Shown here in pieces: positions 1 through 10,954 of a DNA stretch of 64,000 nucleotides. Under the pieces are notes generated by a model. That model searched no databases and was not told the origin of the DNA. It was given only the letters and a program-made list of their open reading frames with translations. This stretch comes from Takakia lepidozioides (Eukaryota; Plantae; Bryophyta), in contig CM060733.1 in NCBI GenBank assembly GCA_030704615.1, positions 43,772,001 through 43,836,000 of the forward strand, read 5' to 3'. Numbering within the stretch: the stretch's first letter is position 1; the number at the start of each line of letters is the position of its first letter. Made by a program: the position numbers and the translations under genes.

Positions 1-1671
1 AACAAGAGGCTCCGCCACAAGAGGCTCTGTCCTTGCTCTTTCCTTCTTTGTTTTTGGGGTTGTTGTTTTATACTTTTCCCACCGCTTCATGAATCATGCC
101 CATCAACGCTCCATAGACTAGGCTTAATGGATAAGCCTAGTTCTCCGCCTAGGCAAGATGTCTCCACAATGCCTCTTTCCCTTGCGGGACAGAGCCAACA
201 AGATGTTTTATAAATGTATTTCCACTCAAGCAGTTCTTCACCAAACTTTATTTCTAGATTTAGATTCGCAGGAGTGAGCGGAGTGTTATATGATCTCTTT
301 GTATGAATATTGTTGCCCATTCAATAAACTATCACCCCTCTTTGCTTCTACTGTCGAAGACTCAGCACTGGTGTCTAATTTGTACTTCTCTGCTATGATA
401 TGGATATGGATTATCAACAGGTTACGGAACCACCGCAAGCCCAACTGCCAACCATTTCCAGGTTTGGAAGAGAAAACTTGCACCTTGTGAAGCTCAAAAT
501 GGAAGTGTTTTTAGAGAAGGAGGTTTGGATGTAGGGTCGGGTCAGATGACCTAACTGCTACAGCTGATAGCTGTGCAATGGACTCGCAAGTCCCAACAGG
601 CATGAGCAAGTGAGGGAGGATATTTTTCTTTTATTCTATGTTTCACACTCCCCTTGGGAAATCTTCCATCTCCAGCACAATGTCCCATGTGGATTCTTGA
701 GACAATTGTTCTGGTTACACAGATTTTTCTGTTAGTGTTTTATTAAATAAACTTGTCACTGCACACAGTCCACAGCTAATGTATTGTGGGGACAGGTGGC
801 CCCTTGTACCTCTCCACCTGGCTTTCTACAAAGTCTCTCCAGTAGACACAAAAGGTCCTTTTTCTGGTATACTCAAAGTGTTCTGTCATATCTTCTCGCA
901 AGAAGAGAGTTTTAAAGTATCTTCTAGGGATGGGATAGTCTTTTGGGTGAAACTAGTGATGAATTGAGAATCTCGAGTGTTAGAGAGAATTCCAAGATGC
1001 TGAACAATGCACAGCTGCCCCAATAATCAAGCTCATTCCGAATCGTATTCACTTCCATCTCAAGCTTTGGAGAAGCTCAGAAGAACCAGTCACCACAACC
1101 ATAATATTACAATTCAGCTCTGAGTGATTCTCTAAGGTGGGAGGCCTTGAGAGGGAGGGGTTGAGAAGAGGGAGAAAACCACAGCAAGGGAGGGGAGCAG
1201 AAGACAGGGAGTTTTTCATCACTCTTAAGTGTCAGTCTCTTGATATGCGATTTTTCTCCCCTGCAGAAGACAATATGACAGAAAGCAAACTGACTCGTGT
1301 ATGTAACTCCTGGGCAGCGATCGAACAATAAAGCTATGGAGTCTGGAAGGAGAGTTTGACATTGGGGCAGGACCTGCAAAGTTATCATCACAGGCAGTGG
1401 TAGCCACCACACACCAGATTTAGCACAACATTCTGGTTTCCTTCCAACAGAGTCACTCCAAAATTCCCCCTTCACTCATTACCTGCTCCAGTCAAGTGCA
1501 ATTATGGGCTGACTTCCCCACCTATGCTGGGTAGACGCCATTATCATTTCCTGTGGATGTACCTCAATAGTACATCATGATCAATATCCTCAGGAACTGG
1601 TGGATGAACTGCGTAGCTACACAGATCTATGAATGAAGTAACAGGCCTGCACCTTGCAGAAAAACATCCTT

Positions 1672-4299
1672 TCACCAGTAATCCTCACAAGAACAAACCC
1701 CATCTTCAAAGTGGTGAAAGCGGGTTGCGTCTCGTACAACGATTGCTCGGCCAACGATCTTTGAGATGAACTTGGTGGAGGTGTGGCAGTCCCCACACAT
1801 CCGAAGATTCTTGATGAGACGGAGAGGTGTCCTAGGGGCCGTGCTGATCAGCCCAAAACCAATGGCCAGCTTCTCACTGTGGTGGCAAAGAGAAAATTCC
1901 CTTTGCTCCTCCCCCACATCAGGCAATACAAAGTGTCTGTCGGGCACATACCCTGCCTCCTTCATCTGCCCAGACAATCTTCTCAGCTCAGCATGGATTT
2001 CCTTAATTTTTGGATGCAATTTGTCGTCTACGACAAAGGTGTGCACCCTGTTGCCAACCTCAATACAGCAACGACCTAGCTCCTTTCTAACCCCTCTGAC
2101 CTTCATCATTTTCCTCACCTTTGCACTATCGTCCCACCTGCCAGCTGTGGCATAGATGTTTGAGAGCAACACGTAAGTCGCGGCGTCCTGTTCATCCCAC
2201 TTGAGCATAGATGTTGCCATACGTTCAGCCATCTCCACATTGCCATGGATTCTGCAGGCACCAAGTAAGGCCTTCCACACCACAGCATCTGGTTTGATTG
2301 GCATTTTATTAATGAGGTCCTCTGCCTCATCCAATCGCCCCACACGTCCAAGAAGGTCCACCATGCAGCCAAAGTGCTTTACTGTTGGAGTGACACCATG
2401 ATCTTGACTCAGGGAATCAAAGTGGCGTCTTCCTTCATACAGTAGGCCAACATGGCTGCATGCAGAGAGAACAGATATGAATGTGATACTGTCCGGCTTC
2501 ACCCCTTCCTTTTGCATTCTTTCAAATAGATGCAGGGCCTCCCTATGACAACCATGCTGGGCATATCCTGCGATCATCGCGCTCCACGACACCACATTTC
2601 GTTCGGCCATATTGTCGAACACTCCCTTTGCATTCTCAATGCACCCACATTTGGAATACATGTCCACGAGAGTGTTGTTCAGAATGACATTTGGTACAAG
2701 TCCCGCTTTGACGATGTCACCATGGACCTCTTTGCCCTTTTCCAGGGCTGCCAGGCGCGCACACGCATTGCAAACGCAAACAAATGTGATGTGGTTGGGC
2801 TTGACCCCTTCCTGCACCATTTGCTCATAGGTCTCCAAAGCCTCCATGCCACGCCCCTGCTGGGCATATCCTCCGATCATTGCGTTCCACGACACCACAT
2901 TTCGTTCAGCCATATTGTCAAACACTCCCTTTGCATCCTTGATGCTCCCACATTTGGCATACATGTCCACGAGGGTACTGTTCAGAATGACATTTGGTAC
3001 AATTCCAGCTTTGACAATGTCACCATGGACCTCTTTGCCCTTTTCCAGGGCTGCTAGGCTCGCACACGCATTGCAAACGCAAACAAACGTGATGTGGTCG
3101 GGCTTCACCCCTTCCCGAACCATTTGCTCATAAGTATCCAATGCCTCCATCCCCCGCCCCTGCTGAGCATATCCTGCGATCATGGCGCTCCACGACACCA
3201 CATTTCGTTCAGCCATATTATCAAACACTCCCTTTGCATTCTCGATGCACCCACATTTGCAATACATATCCACAAGGGTATTATTCAGAATGACATTTGG
3301 TACAAGTCCAGCTTTGACAATGTCACCATGGACCTCTTTGCCCTTTTCCAGGGCTGCCAGGATCGCACATGCATTGCAAACACAAACAAACGTGATGTGG
3401 TTGGGTTTCACCCCTTCCCAAATCATTTGCTCATAGGTTTCAAAAGCCTCCATCCCGCGACCCTGCTGTGCATATCCTGCGATCATCGCACTCCACGATA
3501 CCACATTTCGTTCAGCCATATTGTCAAACACTCCCTTCGCATCCTCGATGCACCCACATTTGGCATACATGTCCACGAGGCTATTGTTCAGAATGACATT
3601 TGACACAATTCCAGCTTTGACGATGTCACCATGGACCTCTTTGCCCTTTTCCAGGGCTGCAAGGCTCGCACAAGCATTGGAAACACAAACATACGTGATG
3701 TGGTTGGGTTTCACCCCTTCCCGCATCATTTGATCATAGGTCTCCAAAGCCTTCCTACCGCACCCATGCTTGATAAATCCTGCCATCATTATATTCCATG
3801 TGATCAAACATCGTTGAGGCATTCTGTTGAACACTTGGTGAGCATCCACGATGCTCCCACACTTAACATACATGTTGACAAGGGTGTTGTTTAGGAAAAC
3901 GTTTGGCTTGAATCCACTTTGGAGAAGGTGAGCATGTACCTGCTTTCCAACATCCAGGCCTTTTATCTTGATGCACTTATGCAACAGACAGACATAAGTA
4001 TCAGAATCTGCTGGAATGCCTCCTTGGTTTAAAGTCTGTAGTGCCTCTTTCAGTCGCCCTGCCTCACACAGCATCCTCACATGCCCAGAAGTGCCAGAAG
4101 AGGCATTGTGGACTCTTGGTCCTCTTTCGCAAGTTCTTGTCATGGTCGAGGTGCCTGATTTTATGAACTGTGCCGCTGCTGCTGCTGCTTCCAGTTGACC
4201 ATCTACCCATGCAGGTTTCTTGTAGCTATCAATCGACAGGGAATCATAGATAATCTTGTACTTGTAATCCAGCCCTCTTGGATGAATCTGGATCCACAC
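1672..4299 (-). CDS. PLS-class PPR protein with E1/E2 and DYW cytidine-deaminase domain (organellar C-to-U RNA editing factor); the long exon probably starts at 4287
   Basis: 875-aa ORF with repeated P-L-S triplets, P2-L2-S2, E1 (DAVVWKALLGACRIHG), E2, HSEKLA...CGDCH zinc motif and terminal DYW. PG box is variant (ELGRCCIEV). Confidence 0.97.
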   Translation of the reverse strand: MWIQIHPRGLDYKYKIIYDSLSIDSYKKPAWVDGQLEAAAAAAQFIKSGTSTMTRTCERGPRVHNASSGTSGHVRMLCEAGRLKEALQTLNQGGIPADSDTYVCLLHKCIKIKGLDVGKQVHAHLLQSGFKPNVFLNNTLVNMYVKCGSIVDAHQVFNRMPQRCLITWNIMMAGFIKHGCGRKALETYDQMMREGVKPNHITYVCVSNACASLAALEKGKEVHGDIVKAGIVSNVILNNSLVDMYAKCGCIEDAKGVFDNMAERNVVSWSAMIAGYAQQGRGMEAFETYEQMIWEGVKPNHITFVCVCNACAILAALEKGKEVHGDIVKAGLVPNVILNNTLVDMYCKCGCIENAKGVFDNMAERNVVSWSAMIAGYAQQGRGMEALDTYEQMVREGVKPDHITFVCVCNACASLAALEKGKEVHGDIVKAGIVPNVILNSTLVDMYAKCGSIKDAKGVFDNMAERNVVSWNAMIGGYAQQGRGMEALETYEQMVQEGVKPNHITFVCVCNACARLAALEKGKEVHGDIVKAGLVPNVILNNTLVDMYSKCGCIENAKGVFDNMAERNVVSWSAMIAGYAQHGCHREALHLFERMQKEGVKPDSITFISVLSACSHVGLLYEGRRHFDSLSQDHGVTPTVKHFGCMVDLLGRVGRLDEAEDLINKMPIKPDAVVWKALLGACRIHGNVEMAERMATSMLKWDEQDAATYVLLSNIYATAGRWDDSAKVRKMMKVRGVRKELGRCCIEVGNRVHTFVVDDKLHPKIKEIHAELRRLSGQMKEAGYVPDRHFVLPDVGEEQREFSLCHHSEKLAIGFGLISTAPRTPLRLIKNLRMCGDCHTSTKFISKIVGRAIVVRDATRFHHFEDGVCSCEDYW
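2560..3725 (-). repeat. About 4 near-identical 303-bp (101-aa PLS triplet) tandem repeats inside the PPR gene
   Basis: The gcatatcctgcgatcat-like anchor recurs at ~2560, 2863, 3166 and 3469 (period 303). Confidence 0.93.
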
Positions 4300-4483
4300 T
4301 CTATCCCTGATCCTTCAGCTATCCCTGCCTCTGCACAAGTCATGCATGCATCCTCGCCTTGCTGCTGGCAGGTGACAATGACAGCCTAGATTTGGTCTAG
4401 CAAACACCCCAACCCTACTTAGAACACACTAGTTCCTATGCTGAATTGCGTGTGCTTCTATCTGTAATCTAACAGGCATTCAC

Positions 4484-6040
4484 CTTTTTGCCTCGACTGT
4501 CCCACCATTGACTGGGGTTGGAAAAACATTCCTTCCAAAGATTCTCCTTGCCTCTGTTATCTGTTTTTGGATACTTTCCTGTTGCCACATTGGCAGTAAA
4601 ATGTCAGAATCACTGGAAACCACCATAGGTCCACCCAACACGCTAACTGGCAGATTTTAACATGAAAAAGGGTTGACTCTGCCGAGAGGGCAAAAGAGGC
4701 GAAGAAGGTGCCTTCCTTAGCAGTGACTGATTTTGCAATTGTGCTGCTGCCGCCACCGCCACTGCTTCCAGTAGCCTTGGTGCTAGTAGCTGATAATGAC
4801 AGCCTAGATTCATTCTAGCAAACACACCAACCCTACCCACAACACACTAGCTCCTATGGTGAATTGCATCTGCTTCTAACAGGGATTCACCTTTTTGCTT
4901 CGATTGTCCCACCATTGACGGGGGTCAGAGAAATTGCAAAGCTTCTCCTCGTCTCTGTTATCTGTTTTTGGATACTTGCCTGTTGCCCATTGGCAGTAAC
5001 ATGACAAAATCTATCCAAATCACCATAGATCCACCCAACGGGCTAACTTGCAGACCTCCACCTGAGAAACTAGGACGCTTCCAATAAGGTGGCAAAACAG
5101 GATGAAATGTGTTCAAGAAGAAGGTGCCCTCACCTCTTTGTCCTTGTTCTTGTGTCATGGCAGCTAGCTTTTCTTTCAACCAGGGAGGATCCAACTTGCC
5201 ATCAACCCAAAAGGACCTTTTGTGTGTGTTGCTTGTGCCTGTAGTCAGGTGATCTTGGATTGGTCTGTGAGGAGAGCCACCAAGGTGCAGCTGAGCAGCC
5301 ATAGATTTAAACTCGGCCTCCTAAGACCAAGATGGCCCTCCCAAGGACCTTGCAAACTCCCAGGAAAAATACCGCATCGTGGTACTAACAAGAAGAGCCC
5401 ACATTTGCAGGATGTACAAACTTCTTCAAATTGGACATTAAGAAAGCCACACCTTGTGATTGCGTTTGTCCCACCATTGAGAACGATCTTTAAAAAACTT
5501 GTGCCAGTTTTGCTCCATGCTCTACAGTAGACCTTTGTGGCCAAAAATCAGACAGAATCAACATTTTGACAAGTTCCCTTAAGGAGGAGTGCGAGTGCTC
5601 TTTCAACGACATTCATGGAGTCACTTTGGGCTCCATTGGACTCTACACAATTGGGAACATTCGAGCATGTCCAAACTTACACAAATGCTGAACCAGCTTA
5701 TGTCTGTAGACTGAACATTTTGGAGTAGTATGTGAAAACGACCAGGGAGGAGCTGAGCAGCCACAGTCTCAACCCTCCCAAGTACCTTGCAAACTCCAGG
5801 TGCACATCCTACTTTCACAACCTCGATGCGGACAGTGTTTGCCTACCAAAGCAAGATTGTGACTTCAATCAACAACGGTACAGTCCAGTCCACACAATAT
5901 GATCATACCAAAGTTCCGTCAACCCCCCTTTCTCATCCTACATGAAGAAAGCTCACCTTGTCAAGGGAACTGTTCCACCATTGTGAAGGATCTTTAAAGA
6001 ACCCCTGCCAGTGCTGCTCCATGCTCCAGCATTGACCTAT
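4484..6040 (-). other. Upstream exons encoding OSB-type PDF motif halves; probable 5' part of the PPR gene, partly degenerate or duplicated
   Basis: Four exon ends of type WxxFFxDPxQWW(D/N)xxxxK|GT with donors at 5956, 5452, 4890 and 4483. Two second halves after AG acceptors: TNPRSPDYRHK...WVDGKLDPPW (from 5264) and IHPRGLDYKYK...PAWV (from 4287, in frame with the PPR ORF). Confidence 0.7.
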
Positions 6041-8523
6041 GCACCAGACATACCGATTATCAGCATTGTCTAACAGTCTCGTGCGCTTTCTTAAGAGTAC
6101 ATTCGTTTCTGCTGGATTGCGCAAAAAGACAATTCCCCACGGCGCATACATACAACACATCCACCCCAAAAAGAAAACTGTGAAGTGTTTCGCGTTATCA
6201 CCTAATTTGAGTGGCGTCCCCGAAGGCGCCATCGCCACCATGTGCAAGGGGCTCTATTTTCTGCGCTTTGCCACCGGGGGTGCCGCTTTCAGCTCCACAG
6301 CCCAGCCCCTCAATGCGCTGCATGGCCTCGCGTGTGGATGGGGTACAGAACATGGAACAGCAAAAAGACCATGAACGCAGGCCCAGGCCATATGAGCTAA
6401 AAGTGACGGTTTCCGGCTCCCAAGACCAGGGTGCCCGGGGTAGAGGACAAGGGCACATTACAGAATACAAAAACCGCCATGCATGTTAGGTAACCCCACC
6501 CCCGGGAAGATTCCAATATCGGGGTGGATTCCTAGAATATTCCGTGTCCGGGGTTCCGGGCCTGGGGTATGTGAAGAATCTATGTAGCGCCCTAGGATAC
6601 ATTTTTCTTAAAAGATTCTACAGCCTACGGGCTACCTGCTTATATACGTTCCGTATATCAATGAGTACATAACATATTTCCAAGTATTTGTCGGGCTGCA
6701 GGAAGACAAAAACCCAAGCTAGGGTTTTTCGCGAGGGAAGAGGAACTTTGCAAAGTCCATGGCCCATTTGGGGGGGGGGTTCACCATACATTTCCCCACT
6801 CTATGAGCTTCCACAGGTCTGTTTGACTCCACACCTGTAATGGGAGAAGCCGTATCTTTACTAAATGGCCAAATTTGTCTTTCAATTCTGTAAATCATGT
6901 TGGCGAGGCTGATGCATGCAGTATGCATGGATTACCTACATTACAGGTGAGGCTGGAGGAGCTGGAGCAGCAACTGGCAGAAGCACGTGAGCTGGCAGCA
7001 TCTGAAGCAGCTCAAGTGAGGGTGGCTATTACTGAGTTGTAGAAGGTGCAAGCAGAGAGAGTGAACACAGGGAAGAGACACTACCTTTGTAAGGGACTCA
7101 CTCTAGTAGTAGGACTTATCTTCTTTATTGGATGTCTCAGCTTTTGGTTCGGCAATCTCATCGCTGTAGATCAATACGCGTAGTGACAACTGCAGGATCA
7201 GATTTCTCTCCACCATTTTGTCGAACTTTGTCGAGCAAGTCTCTGTAAACTCCTCCTTATTAGAACTGCCTCTGTAATATCCCTCAACTTGCTTCAATTG
7301 ATCTTTGATTCCACTCTCTGTAATTTTTATCCGCTTCACCCTAATAGTATGTGGGCAGAATATTGCCACCTTCTGTTTCTTCGTCATTCATGACTGACGA
7401 CATAGTTAAATCTATGACCTCTGCAGTCTTGCACAGAGGAGAACGTACTTATATGGCCAGTATATAGCATCTTGGTTCTTCTCAGTAGCTTCCCTTGGTG
7501 TAACCTTGTGGGAAAAAACATAGCGTGCAATTTGCGGTGAGTTTTTAGGGGCAATGCCATGGAAACAGATACTTTACGGCAATGTAAGATTGTTATGTCT
7601 CCTTACTGTCTGCAACATGTGCTCAAACAACTAAACAACGTCTGAGCAAGTTAACATCCCAACCTAGAATCTTCTCTTGCTGCTTGCCAAGGAGTACCTG
7701 CATATTGAGTACGCCTTGCTCTCTCTCCACTGCTTGTTCCGTTTACACTCCATGTCTACAATCAGCAACACATCCCTTAAGTAATCCTAAGGTCTCACTC
7801 CCTTGCTTTAAGATATCCAGGCTAGTTGACCGCTTGTACGTCCCTGTTTGTGCTAGGGATGAAAGACGAGAGATTGAGATTGAAGAACATTTGTTCTTCC
7901 ACTATACTCGACCCTAACTATGAGATACGTGGTCGATAGTATCCCATATTCCATGAGAGCCAATCCCTCTTTCATTATGAGGACCAGAAATGCTTGGCAG
8001 CATATCTACATGAGGCTCTCCACCTGAAATCGACCACTACAAATCTGACCCCTAGGATCTGCCCGGTACGTTATCATTTAAGTTCACACTTCATTTGATC
8101 ATATCTGCTTGGTTATTGAAATTTAAATATATGTATCTCAAGACGGGGTTTCTCTCACACTGGCAGTAGGTACAGCTCTCTCATGTGTATATTGTATTGG
8201 AGATTATATCATGAGAAGGATGTATATTTCCCTATAATTCAGAAGTGTTGAGGTCGTGTTGAGTATTCGAGAAAGAACGAGAGAAGCCTCAACACCCTGC
8301 GGCTGGAGATAAAGAGACATGTCGATGTATGACTGATATATATATTAAAATTTATGCAAGCCTGAACATCATGCGAGTCCCAAATGGCAGTTGGGAATTG
8401 GAGCAAAATTTTGTAACATTTTAAGATACCCTGACATCAAAAGTTCTGACCAATTATAACTAGTACAATAATCTTGACATGTAATGTAAGTCCGTGCTCG
8501 TGTCCTAAAGGATAGGGGAGGGT

Positions 8524-8705
8524 TGTTGCGCACCTCACTTGGTATACTCCCCTTCAAGTCACAGTTACTCGCTCTTGATGCGCGCGCCTCTAACTCCCAG
8601 ACTGGTCGCCGGGCCAACTCGGAGCTTCGGCTGTTCACCGGGACCCTTGCTCTTCCAACTGACCCTCAAACTATCGGGCCCAGTCGAAATTCCCTTTGGT
8701 ATAGG
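8524..8705 (-). mobile_element. Partial LTR (3' end) related to the LTR at 10176-10899, inverted
   Basis: Reverse complement matches gcgcgcgcatcaa..gcgagtaact.tgacttgaaggggagt...gaggtg.gc.aca at ~10836-10899. Confidence 0.8.
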
Positions 8706-8709
8706 ACAC

Positions 8710-10175
8710 CTTGCAGAGGTATTTTGAAAAGGGAGATGTCATTGGGGAATCTTCAGGGAGTAGGGTATAAGCACCCAGACAAGTTCGTTTTAGCAATTCT
8801 TGTGATGATGATGGGCATATCTCGCCCGCTCATCCCATGGGACGAGTTCAGGTTACATGTGCAAAATGTCATAGGCATGTCATAGACGGAGATGTGTGGG
8901 GTGAGGTGCACATACTACAAGATGTTGGGACACCTAGAGAGTGCTTATCACCGCAAATTGGAGCAAACCACTCGCAACAATCCTTCAACAAACTTTGTGG
9001 AGGTCTACTGTGACGACGAGGACAAAATTCTAGCTGAGACGACTGCCCTGATCAAGGAAAGGGATGTCAATGAAGCGAGGCTTCCTAGGAATAGAACACC
9101 GATACCCATGCCTGTATCTGATGCTACTGGAGGATCAAAGTCTAGCTTTGAGTTGGGATCAGGACCTGCAACACCAATCGGTGAGAGAATTGTGCCCAGA
9201 ACGCGAAAGAATGTGGAAGGAGGTACAAAGTTAAGGATCCTCAACCACTTTTACAAAGGATTTCCTTATCACCAATGGACTTGATATTGTCAGTGCCCGG
9301 AGAGTTGGAAAAACTGAAATGTCTTGTTAAAGTTGTTGAAAAGGTTGTGCATCAGCAAAAGGAGGCAACAAATGTGGTTGCTGCAACTAAATTGAAACCA
9401 GGGGTCCAGCCAAGGAATATTGCCTTTGTGCAAATTCAAAGAAAGAGCCTAGTTCTGATATTTCTTATATCCACTCGGGGAGGGTAAAGGCCCTGCATGC
9501 CATGATATCAATTGGAGGGCATCAGGTCCTGGGCCAGGTTGACACTGGAGCTATGCTGTCGGTAATGGCTGCCAATACTGTGAGGAATCTAGGTTTGATG
9601 GATTCAATGGTCAGTGACAAGGATATGACCTACAGAGTTGCTTCGGGAGCTGTGGAAACAGCCATGGGGAGGCTCGAAGACTTGAAGGTAGCGGTGGGGG
9701 AACTCACCAATCGGTTAATGTCGTTCATGGTAGTACGTATCATATGCTGCTAGGGATGGATTTTCTCAAGAAATTTGAAGCTGTGGTCGACACTGAAAAT
9801 GAGACCATGAGAATACGTTGTGGCCCTGGAAAGGATGTGGCCCAATTTCCATTGCACACTATCAATCAATGTGATCAATGTGAGCCAGAGTGTGGAAGAG
9901 CTGCAAAATTGTCAAGATGTGAGGGCAAAGGAAAATGGAGTTTTGGTCAGGAGGAAGGGATATTGGACATCTCCAACCCGTTCAATCTAGTGGAGGTGGA
10001 GCCTAAGTCAAGTATTGAGGATTCAACCAGTGAGAGCTCTGAGTCTGAAGAGGATGAGTGGCATAGCACGTCTGGAGATGAGCTGGTGGATGACTTAACC
10101 ATGCCACACGATGAGGAGGAGATGAAGAAGGCCATAGAGGTTGCTGAAGGCATTGAGGAAGTGCTGGAGGATCAG
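8710..10175 (+). pseudogene. Degenerate Ty3/gypsy gag-protease remnant
   Basis: Broken ORFs with aspartic protease motif QVDTGAMLSVM and LLGMDFL; interrupted at 10176 by a younger LTR element. Confidence 0.7.
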
Positions 10176-10899
10176 TGTCGCGGCCCTTTGCCTTGAGGGC
10201 AGGGGGTCGGGACACATGAGGGGCTGCCCCTGTGGTGGGGGCAGCGGCAGCGATAGGTATGGGGGGCTGAAGCACCCTTGAGTGCCCAAGGCACTCAAGG
10301 AGGCGGAGGCGCTCACTAAGTGGAGCCCCGCACACCGGGTTGCGGTGGAGGTGGCTCCACAAGGGGTGGTGGTAGCTTAGTGGGACTTAGTGGGGGTGGC
10401 ATAGGACTCACCATGGGGTGGAGACCTCGAGGTGGGAGTCGTGGGGAGTCTTGGGACTCATCACGGTCCATTGGGGCCGCGGTGAGTGGGCCAAGACTCA
10501 CCGCGACTCACCACCGGGAGTCGAGGGTTTTCGTGGTGGTTCGCCATAAAATGGCATGGCTGGTTATGAAACCCCCGCGGACAGCTACAGAAGTATATAT
10601 AGGGAGTAGTAACCCCGAGAACGGTGCAAGCCCGTTGGTGACCAAAAACTAGTGAGTAAGCGAGCGAGCCGGAAAGCGACCAAAGAGTGGGGAGCTGTTC
10701 CGGACTGCCAACTACCAAAGGGAATTCTCCTAGTCCCAAATAGGTGGAGGGTTTAGAGGGAAGGGGAAGGGGACCGTTATGTCCCGGTGAGCAGCCGAAA
10801 CTCCAAGTTGGCCCGGCGGCCAGGTTGGGAGTCAGGCGCGCGCATCAAAGCGAGTAACTATGACTTGAAGGGGAGTTTACCGAACTGAGGTGTGCGACA
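10176..10899 (+). mobile_element. 5' LTR (724 bp) of Ty3/gypsy element 1
   Basis: TGTCGC...GCGACA termini, followed after 2 nt by the PBS. Confidence 0.88.
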
Positions 10900-10901
10900 C
10901 T

Positions 10902-10913
10902 TGGTATCAGAGC
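10902..10913 (+). promoter_or_regulatory. Primer-binding site (tRNA-Met)
   Basis: TGGTATCAGAGC directly after the LTR end. Confidence 0.93.
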
Positions 10914-10954
10914 TTAGAGTTCAGTACGCGATCGTCCTTGGGATTGGCCTCATC

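Noticed and set aside
1-1660. Short ORFs at the window start, and at 6200-8400 and 62500-64000
   Set aside because: No recognisable motifs or consistent exon structure.
1672-2080. U-to-C (DYW:KP-type) editing factor
   Set aside because: HSEKLA, CGDCH and terminal DYW match the standard C-to-U type; only the PG box is variant.
1766-3894. Plus-strand ORFs over the PPR gene
   Set aside because: Antisense shadows of the repetitive PPR coding sequence.
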